Shown here one piece after another: positions 56,476 to 64,000 of a stretch of DNA of 64,000 nt (positions within the stretch are counted from its first letter, which is position 1; each line of letters starts with the position of its first letter). Under the pieces are notes generated by a model. It was not told where the DNA came from. It ran no database searches and saw nothing but the letters and a program-made list of their open reading frames with translations. The translations under genes and the position numbers were made by a program. The stretch is from Minutocellus sp. GHC0000111. Taxonomy: Eukaryota. The DNA lies in the NCBI GenBank assembly GCA_977018835.1, contig OZ361259.1, forward strand, positions 4,030,001 to 4,094,000, read 5' to 3'.

Positions 56476-57651
56476 CCGTGCAATACGCCTGCAATACTCC
56501 ACCCAGAGTGCGGCGGTGCTGAAGTGAGTGCGGCGAGAGAGTTGAAAATGAGCCAAACTGCGGGCTACGTACGGCTCCGTACATCTACGTACGTACGGAC
56601 ACAATCTACGACGCGATGTACGTACGGACCAGACCGAATTTTGCCACCTCATCGTCATTTCTGGCCGCTCGAGTTCGGCCATCGCATCGGCCATACATAC
56701 TCTAGTATTGGTACCAGATATCAGGAGCTGAAGTGCCAGCAGCCATGTCTCGCCGCAGATCACATCTTGCCGTTGGTGCCATTCTCTTCGGCTCCCAGGT
56801 GGAGGGATTTGCCCCTCGTCTGGTCGGTAACAGCGGCGCATCTTTACGTCCCGCAGGCAGGTCGTGCTGCCCTGCTGGCCACCAAAATTCCGATGGACCC
56901 GAACCACCCAATAGGCTCTGCATTGGTGGTACTAGTAGCAGCTGTTCGAACAGATTCGATTCACGACTTTACGTCGGGAGCAGCATTGACCCTTCCGAGG
57001 ATCAGGAACAAACATTACTGAAAATAGATGGCACCGATGGCAGTAGTAGTAGTAGTAGTAGTGAAAATGCCGACCTTCCGACGGATTCCAATCCCGACCA
57101 GAACCTTCCCCTCAGCGCCTTGTGGTCCATGCTAACCGGGACGGGCGGCGGGCTGCCTCTTCAAGTTGACGACACGAATGTGCTGCTCTATGACGTTTTT
57201 CTTTTGGTGAACCTGTCGGCGTGCATATCCTTTTGGGTTGTCCACAGGATGAATTTCATGTACATCGCCGAGTCACTGAACGAAGGCGCATTGCTGTGCA
57301 TATGTTGGATACTGGCTGGCCTGGCCAACGGTGCCTTTCTGTATTCGGCGGTTGACGGGCACTGGGACCCCAGCGGCAAGGATGCCGATAAGGGTGGGCC
57401 GAAAGCTGCGGGATTGCTGGGTTTGTCGACGTTTATTGGTACATCCTCCCTCCGAATTATCATTGCAAAAAATTTGAATGGATGAACTAATGTTATGTTT
57501 TGCTGCTACGAACGTATGATTGTTACAGTTTCAGTAATCTAGTTCCGAGCCTTTCCTACTACTAGTAGTGACCTAATTTCCTGGGTCTGCTGCGTAGCTC
57601 AAGTCACGGCAGTCTTCCTCTGGTTCCTTTAGCGAGGCACCTGCAGCAGAC

Positions 57652-58830
57652 CTATGGCTGAATTGGCTGGGGCCAGCGGTACTGCGGGTGTCGAACAATG
57701 CTTTGCCAGACCTTGAGGTCATAGTAGCAGAGGTAGTCGACAAAATCTGAAAAGAGGCGAAAATGCCGACGATGGCCATTCTCATAAATGGCAATGTATG
57801 TCGGCAAACCCAAGCGTTTCACTGCTGCACCGGCCTCGGCGGCGATTCTTTTTGCACAGTCGTTCCCATATTGTTGACACTTTGCGTCTCCGTAGTATCT
57901 TCTGCGATACGGCAGCATTACATTCCAGTACTGCTCTGGCTTTCTCTCTCCTGCCGTCCCCCCAGGCGCTTCATCCCGGCGGTCTCCTCTTCCAGTAAAT
58001 GCTCCTCTTCCATTTGCTGTGCTGCGACAAGCCGAAAAGACTATGCAATTTGGTGGAATGTTCTCGTCTTCTGGGGCCATTGTTATGCTCACATCATCAA
58101 TGACTTTCCACAACCACAACGTCATGTCCCTCGCAATTTGGAACTGGGCAGCGAAACGAGACTCCATCCCTTTGAATAGCACCTTTTTCCCCTTTCGCCA
58201 ATCCTCGCCATCGTCGAGGCTGTCGAAGCCAGACATCTGGGAGTCTTCGGCATTACGGGGCCCAACAAGCCGTTGGTGATTTCTCACCCGCTCAGTGGAC
58301 ATCACTGCCAGCCTGCGGGATCGATCCTCGACAGATTTCGTGTTGTATCCCTTGCTGCTTCGGGTTATCAGCGAGCCACGGCTGCCGTAGGTTGCTACCG
58401 AGAGACGGCAAGGTTGGCCCACAATGCGATATATTTTGGCTCCTCCGGCGGGGTTCATCTCCCAAAGCCCATGAGGCATCATGGTGCTGATTGGCTTGGC
58501 GACCATCCAGCCCTGCTCAACCTCAATGAGCGAGGTGATTGTTGCGATGCATCTTTTCCCCCAGGAGTACTCTCCCACCAGTCCGTGTTTACCGGTTGCT
58601 CTCGCCTCGTACATTTTCAACGCCCCTCGGCTTACAGCAGCAACACAAGAAGGGATGGTCCCGACTGCCGATCCGTATCGCGCGAGAAACTCTCCAAAGA
58701 AACAGAATCCTCCTCCCACCTTGCGAAGGTGAGAAGCGAGAGCTGCTTTCATTGCGGTGGGGCACATGCCCGTGTGGATGTTTACTTCGTACTCTCCGTT
58801 GCAGTAGAAGGTGTAGGTCTCGGCCTGCAT
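57652..58830 (-). CDS. Element ORF2, unknown globular protein (candidate mobilisation enzyme)
   Basis: 392-aa ORF of complex composition; frame open upstream to ATG-TAA at 58959-58954; no family recognised. Confidence 0.6.
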   Translation of the reverse strand: MQAETYTFYCNGEYEVNIHTGMCPTAMKAALASHLRKVGGGFCFFGEFLARYGSAVGTIPSCVAAVSRGALKMYEARATGKHGLVGEYSWGKRCIATITSLIEVEQGWMVAKPISTMMPHGLWEMNPAGGAKIYRIVGQPCRLSVATYGSRGSLITRSSKGYNTKSVEDRSRRLAVMSTERVRNHQRLVGPRNAEDSQMSGFDSLDDGEDWRKGKKVLFKGMESRFAAQFQIARDMTLWLWKVIDDVSITMAPEDENIPPNCIVFSACRSTANGRGAFTGRGDRRDEAPGGTAGERKPEQYWNVMLPYRRRYYGDAKCQQYGNDCAKRIAAEAGAAVKRLGLPTYIAIYENGHRRHFRLFSDFVDYLCYYDLKVWQSIVRHPQYRWPQPIQP

Positions 58831-59094
58831 TAGACTCTCTCCCCGAATGTTGCCGGGCCAAAGGCCGGCAAGGTTGCACCCTCCTGGAAAGGGGGTATTG
58901 GGAGGGGCAGCGGCTGGGACTGCTGCTGCCGCGCCTCCACCTGCCGCGGGTGCTTACATAGGCCAATCGGTACAACCAAAAGGCCTATCAACAAGCTCAT
59001 TCACGATGCTCTTCTCCTAGATATTCCTCGAGCAGTCATTGCACTTGAAAGCCTTGCTCTCGATGCCAACAAGATCTACAACCAAGTGGTCTTC

Positions 59095-60735
59095 TTACTC
59101 GCTCTTCTTGGCGCACTTGTTACAAATGTATTTGCCTCCTACCACAAATTCACCTTCCTCGTAAACAGACTCATCGCAATACCCCTTTCCGCATTTTAGG
59201 CAAGTCTCGCCTTCATCTCCTCCAGGGACGATGGTCCGGCAGCAGCCACACCCGCACTTGGGGCCGGCTTTCTTCCTCATGCCGACGCCGCCACTGTTTC
59301 GCTTCTTCTTGGCCCTCTTCTTGGCACTGGGACCGCCAAAGTCTTCGCCGTCAGAGTCGTCGGATTCGAGTTTCATCTCCACATCAAGGGCCTCCTCCTC
59401 CTCCATGTCGGAACTCCACACGTCATCACCTTGCTCGGCGGTCGCCTTCCTCTTCTTGTCTCCACCGCTACCACCGCCGACGTCTCTGCCGCCACCGTCG
59501 GCCGAGTCCTTGGCCGTCTTCTTGGTCTTCTTGGCCTTGGCCGGTACGCCGCCGCCGCCGCCGGATCCCTTGACCCTCTTGGTCTTCTTGGCCGTCGTGC
59601 CGGTACCGCCGCCGTCGCCACCGCCATCGGCCGACGCCATGGGCTTCTTGGCCTTGGGCTTCTTGGCGGTACCGCCGCCACCGCCGCCGCCACTGTCGGC
59701 CGAGGCCTTGGCCTTCTTCCCCTTGGCCTTCTTCCCCTTGGCCTTCTTGGCGGTGTCAGCATCGTTGCTGCCACTGCCGCCAGCACCACCACCACCAGAG
59801 GCCCCATTGCCGAAGAGACTCACAAGGCTGCTTCCCTTGCTCTTGAGAGGCTGGACGTCGCATCGAGGAGGCCCCACCATGACGACGCCAATGCCGTCCG
59901 CGCCGCCATCAATGCCAGCAACCCCGGCCCACCCAACGTGGTTGGCAGATCCGCCGCCGACGCTCAACTTCTTTTGCTTCTGCAACGCCTCCTTCTCCTC
60001 GTCGTTGAGCGGCAGAGGGCGGATTGCCTCAAGCACAGCGCTTGCCTCAACAACAATCGATCCATTGGTCCTGTTGGAGTATGCGCTGGCGTTGCTGGAA
60101 CTTTGCTCGCCCGCTGCACGAGCAGTCATGTTGGCACCCGTACCTCTGAAATTGACCATTCCACTTTTCACCTTCTTGTCGTATCCGCTGCCGGGACCGT
60201 CGCCGTCGGACTCAAGGCACAGGATCATTCCTTCCCAGCGACCCTGCTTTAGCGCAAAAGCACGAATACGCGTGCTTTCGTCACGGTACATGCAATGAGG
60301 CAAGAGACTGCCGTGTCCCTCTCTGGCAGCCACGTCTGACAGCTCAGTGCTCCAACGGGCAGCAGCTTCCGCCGTGTAGGCAGTCGCAACAATCGCTCCC
60401 CCTCTCTTGGGGTCACGGAGAGCAAACCTGCTGGTAGCTGGAAAGGCCTCATGCCACATCCTCCTTGCCTCCTTCAAGCTGGTACCATCTGGAACCACAA
60501 TGATGGCGAGGAAGCCGCACACAATAGAATATCCTCTGTGCCTTTTAGCATCACTGAGTTTCATAGTAGCTTTGACGGACTGGCCGGTGCCTGCCTCCGG
60601 GGCCCATGCAGGATGCTTCCCCATCACTCCTTTTGGCCCTCTCAACACCTCGCCAAACCCTCCATGGTTGAGGAGGGAAAATTCCGTCCAATGTTGCACC
60701 ATGGTATTCGGTGGAGGAAAAGCAACTGTGACCAT
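59095..60735 (-). CDS. Element ORF1: unknown N-terminal domain, Lys/Gly-rich linker and C-terminal PHD-like Cys cluster
   Basis: 546 aa; KKAKG and GGGG repeats, acidic patch, NLS-like KKRAKKKR, CGCGCC..CLKC..C..CNKC. Confidence 0.65.
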   Translation of the reverse strand: MVTVAFPPPNTMVQHWTEFSLLNHGGFGEVLRGPKGVMGKHPAWAPEAGTGQSVKATMKLSDAKRHRGYSIVCGFLAIIVVPDGTSLKEARRMWHEAFPATSRFALRDPKRGGAIVATAYTAEAAARWSTELSDVAAREGHGSLLPHCMYRDESTRIRAFALKQGRWEGMILCLESDGDGPGSGYDKKVKSGMVNFRGTGANMTARAAGEQSSSNASAYSNRTNGSIVVEASAVLEAIRPLPLNDEEKEALQKQKKLSVGGGSANHVGWAGVAGIDGGADGIGVVMVGPPRCDVQPLKSKGSSLVSLFGNGASGGGGAGGSGSNDADTAKKAKGKKAKGKKAKASADSGGGGGGGTAKKPKAKKPMASADGGGDGGGTGTTAKKTKRVKGSGGGGGVPAKAKKTKKTAKDSADGGGRDVGGGSGGDKKRKATAEQGDDVWSSDMEEEEALDVEMKLESDDSDGEDFGGPSAKKRAKKKRNSGGVGMRKKAGPKCGCGCCRTIVPGGDEGETCLKCGKGYCDESVYEEGEFVVGGKYICNKCAKKSE

Positions 60736-61349
60736 TGCTGGAAATCAAAACCGATTTCAAAAAATCCAGTTTCGCTGGAAAAAAAAACAAAAAGGAGATT
60801 CATTTCTTACACCTGCAAAAGCGGCGGAGGCAGGACAAAGCCCCCGCCGCCGCTGATCTACCCCAGCGACCATCATGGTTGAGGCACAAGAGGGGAGAGA
60901 CGCATATGGCTGCGCGGGCGCGCGATGCTCTCTTGCGCCGGTGTCTCAAGGTCGGAAGACCGACGGCGCACAGACTAGCGGTAGCGGTCGCGGTTGTGCA
61001 GCATCGGCCGGTGGGTAGCGGCGGTGAGGCATTGATTCCGCTGGAAATTCTGGTGGGTCTCATTTTGATGAGTTCCTGGCGTGCCCTCCATTCGGCGTAT
61101 ACTCCAAGGTTGTGAGTTGTGGATGACATCTTTTGTACATACCGTTCATGCACATAGTACAAGTGGTGGACTCTGCAAAACAAACGCATTGCGAAGTACG
61201 TTCATTACGATAACGCTGGCTGAGATGGTTGGACTGAGCATGGCAATGTCCCAAGTAGGCTGTATAGTTAGAATAGAAGATGAGATGAAAAGTTTAGAGG
61301 CTGCGTTATGTTTTGATTTATTCGTTATTGGTACCACCTATTATGGTAT

Positions 61350-63794
61350 TTACAGTCCGTACGCCGCTAGACGAGACTCGGCCACTCCAGCAATCTTACT
61401 CGACTCCTTCTTTTTGCTGCTGGACTTGCCATCCTTGTTCTTCTTTTGGCGCCTCTTCTTCTTTGCATCGACCTTGGATTCCGAGGTTTCATCTTTGGCG
61501 TCTGCGGGGGCTGGCTTGTCCTTCTTCTTTTTATCTTTCTTTTCGGCCTTCTTCTCAGAGGCGTTCTCTTTGCCGGTGGCATCTTCCGCCTTCTCCTTCG
61601 CGGGCTCATCCACGCCAGCACCGTCTCCGCCCTTCTTCTTTTTCTTTTGACGGCGTCTCTTCTTCTTGGGCTTATCGCCTTCTCCAACCTCCTCAGTAGC
61701 AGCAGGATCTTCCGCCTGCTCGGCATCGGCCTCGGGCTCGGCCTCCAGAAGTTCCTCGTAATCATACTTGGCAATATCACGGAAGCGCTTGCGCTTCTTC
61801 GTTCCTGGAAGATATTCTTCGCCTTCGCGATAAGGTGCCATTCGCTTGAGACTAACAAATTGCTTCAACGTAGTATCCTTGGCAAATAAGATCTCCTGAG
61901 GCGTAAGACCAAAGCGATTGGCTTCGACCTTGCGATACTTGAAGCGAGTTGGCATATCGCCAATGATATCTTCGTAGTCGAGCTTGTACAGCTCATCCTC
62001 CATCTTCTCTCTCAATTTCTTTTCGATACCCGTTTCCTCCTCGAAGTCGGCAGGAGGTTCTGGGTCAAAATCCAAATCTTCGTCACCGTCATCGTCGCCA
62101 AGCTCCTCATCGCCACCTGCGTCCTCATCGTTGTATTCGTCGTACATGTCTCCAGTATCCTCGTTAATTATGTCTCCCTCTGCGCCAGTTTCGTCGCGCA
62201 TGAGGCTTTCCTTGACATCGGCATCGGTCTTCCACTCGGCATCTTCCTTATCGTAGAAATCGTCACCATATGCCTTGGACATGATGGCCTCGAACTTTTC
62301 AGGATCATAATCACCCTCCATAAGCTTCATTAGAGCAGCCTCGTCGATATCGGCATCACCCTCCTCGGCCGCACCAGCAACGTGCCAGACCTGCTTCATG
62401 CGGCCCTCCAGCTCCTCCCTTTTGGCATTTTTGAGGCGGCGAAGTCGCTCCTCCTTTGCCTTCCTCTCGGCAGCCTTCTTCTCCTTCCGAGCGAGACGCT
62501 TTTGCTTCCTCGTCTCATCCTTACGACGGAGTGTGTCAGTAGTGTGAGCACCTCCACGGGCATAGCCAACGACGCTGTAGGCGGCACCGGATTCTCCACT
62601 CTCTGCAGAGGCGGCCGCCTCCTCGAAACGGAAGTTGTACTTCGACTCGAAGGCGTCCATCTGCTCGAGCTCGTCAAGAGAGGCATCGGAATCATGACCA
62701 TCATCGTCTTTGATTTTGGAACGGTAGATACCACGCTCCTCGTCGTCATCATCATCACTATCACTTTCCTGCAGGTCCTTGTCGACCCAACGCTTATTCT
62801 TGATGAAATCGAGCAAGAATTTATCGCCATCTCCCACCTCATCACGAGGATCACTCACGGTGGCATCGCCAGTACCCAGCTTCTCGAGCTCGGATATCTC
62901 ACTCTCCACCATCCTCTGAGCACGATCGGCATCGGCCTTGGACACGGGCTTCTTCACCATCCAATTGTCTCCGTCGTCGTCGCTATCGTTGGAGTTGTCG
63001 TCATCGTCAGAATCATCCTTGGTCGACTTGAGGAAGGCGGCGCGCAATTCTCGCTGTTCATCGTCGTAAGCAAATCGAGAGGCGGGCCCATCGTCATCCT
63101 GATGACGGCGAGAGGAAGCATTGCCATCGTCGTCGCTGCCGGCGTCTTTATTGCCCTCTCCACGTTCCTCGGCGTCTATCTGCTCGAGCACCTGCTCCCT
63201 CACCACGTCCTTGTATTTCATTGGCTTATGACTCTTGCCCTTCTTTTTGCCCTCGCTGCTATCATCATCGTCGTCATCTTCCTTGAAGAATTTTGCATTC
63301 TTATCGTAAATTGACTTGTCCTTGTTCTTCAAAGCCTTGATGGTGCGGAGGATACTGAGGTCCATACCAGGTGTCATGAGCTCGCCGTCTTCGTCTTCCT
63401 CTTCGCTGCTACTATCATCCTCATCGTCGCTGTCGAGGTATTCTCCCGACTGCCGAGCGTTGAGCAACTCCTCCCGTCGCTTGCACTGATCGAATTCCCG
63501 AGCGTACTTCTTGTTCACCTTGAGGATGGACTTGGGCGCATTGGCTTGCTCTTCTTCATCAGATGAGCTGTCCTCGTCAGAGGAGTCGTCCAAGAGCTGC
63601 TGCTTCTTCTCTTGTTCCTTCTTCTCATCCTTTTTTGAAAGCGGCATGTCTTGTGCTTTTTTGCTCGTCGTCACCTTCTTCTTGGAATCGGCACGTTCGC
63701 TGCTCGAAGAGTCGCTTCTGCTTCCACTACTCGTGGTGCTAGTAGCACTGCTACTGCTACTGTCACTATCGCTGTCGCTGCTAGAGGACGACAT
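61350..63794 (-). CDS. KRI1: KRI1 ribosome biogenesis protein
   Basis: LKVNKKYA, FESKYNFRFEE, LRRKDETRK, LKNAKREE, YKLDYEDIIGDMPTRFKYRKV..FGLTPQEIL, VSLKRMAPYR. Confidence 0.95.
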   Translation of the reverse strand: MSSSSSDSDSDSSSSSATSTTSSGSRSDSSSSERADSKKKVTTSKKAQDMPLSKKDEKKEQEKKQQLLDDSSDEDSSSDEEEQANAPKSILKVNKKYAREFDQCKRREELLNARQSGEYLDSDDEDDSSSEEEDEDGELMTPGMDLSILRTIKALKNKDKSIYDKNAKFFKEDDDDDDSSEGKKKGKSHKPMKYKDVVREQVLEQIDAEERGEGNKDAGSDDDGNASSRRHQDDDGPASRFAYDDEQRELRAAFLKSTKDDSDDDDNSNDSDDDGDNWMVKKPVSKADADRAQRMVESEISELEKLGTGDATVSDPRDEVGDGDKFLLDFIKNKRWVDKDLQESDSDDDDDEERGIYRSKIKDDDGHDSDASLDELEQMDAFESKYNFRFEEAAASAESGESGAAYSVVGYARGGAHTTDTLRRKDETRKQKRLARKEKKAAERKAKEERLRRLKNAKREELEGRMKQVWHVAGAAEEGDADIDEAALMKLMEGDYDPEKFEAIMSKAYGDDFYDKEDAEWKTDADVKESLMRDETGAEGDIINEDTGDMYDEYNDEDAGGDEELGDDDGDEDLDFDPEPPADFEEETGIEKKLREKMEDELYKLDYEDIIGDMPTRFKYRKVEANRFGLTPQEILFAKDTTLKQFVSLKRMAPYREGEEYLPGTKKRKRFRDIAKYDYEELLEAEPEADAEQAEDPAATEEVGEGDKPKKKRRRQKKKKKGGDGAGVDEPAKEKAEDATGKENASEKKAEKKDKKKKDKPAPADAKDETSESKVDAKKKRRQKKNKDGKSSSKKKESSKIAGVAESRLAAYGL

Positions 63795-64000
63795 TGTTGA
63801 CTACGCCAATGGTACTCTCGATCCTTTCCGCGGCGGCGCGGAGAGCGAGAAATGAGCCCGAAATTTCATTGGCAATGGCGTGGTGACGGAAGATGGACAG
63901 ACCGTTCAGCATTTAATCGAACCTGCGCGCGCATGCGCGCAAGCCGATGAATGAAGCATTCACTGTGGTGAGAGACACTGTTGGAGAGACAATGAGCTCC

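Larger units (their letters stand above)
57467..60978 (-). mobile_element. Unclassified two-ORF insertion element (~3.5 kb)
   Basis: Splits a host CDS in frame. No TIR/LTR. A6 run at the left end; GTCGG-AAGA-CCGAC hairpin (60951-60964) plus CTAG (60975-60978) at the right end. Boundaries ambiguous by a few bp. Confidence 0.78.
56745..61115 (+). pseudogene. Plastid-targeted membrane protein gene interrupted by a 3.5-kb insertion (5' part 56745-~57466, 3' part ~60979-61115)
   Basis: Signal peptide plus VEGFAP. The TM protein breaks at ..TSSLRIIIA and the hydrophobic helix resumes in frame at (A)VAVAVVQHRPVGSGGEALIPLEILVGLILMSSWRALHSAYTPRL*. Confidence 0.8.

Noticed and set aside
57652..58830. 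ORF2 as Fanzor/TnpB, IscB, RT or DDE transposase
   Set aside because: No D-PG RuvC-I, RDxNAA, HNH, YxDD or recognisable DDE motifs are visible.
59231..60298. Pro/Phe/Leu-rich + strand ORFs
   Set aside because: Reverse complement of the Gly/Lys low-complexity region of element ORF1.
57467..60978. Insertion as an intron of the + strand gene, or as a LINE
   Set aside because: The left boundary lacks a GT donor consensus. There is no RT or endonuclease ORF, and the coding strand ends in T6 rather than poly-A.

Overview
This is gene-dense eukaryotic nuclear DNA from a diatom-like stramenopile. The evidence is GT-AG introns, bipartite plastid-targeting signals (AQAFVP, VEGFAP), helicase-associated-domain and MYND proteins, and a protist-type NEDD8. 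About 37 host genes are recognisable, including NMD3, KRI1, ALG12, QTRT1, PXMP4, NEDD8, a Ubc6-type E2, a cryptochrome/photolyase with a RanBP2-type finger, FMO, PP2C, glycosyltransferases and MBOAT. The main discovery is a ~3.5 kb insertion (~57467-60978) that splits a plastid-targeted membrane gene whose two halves rejoin in frame. The insertion has no TIR/LTR or long TSD, ends in a hairpin plus CTAG, and carries two ORFs that I cannot assign to any transposase or RT family, so it is a candidate new mobile element. Other notable items are a 1600-bp non-autonomous TIR element (10454-12053), a sulfite/anion-exporter cluster (two TauE-like genes plus SLAC1/TDT), and three tandem coiled-coil paralogues. 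The window also has an unusually high load of frameshifts, truncations and conserved-residue substitutions, which points to a decaying haplotype, assembly errors, or both. All family assignments come from motif recognition by eye; no searches were run.
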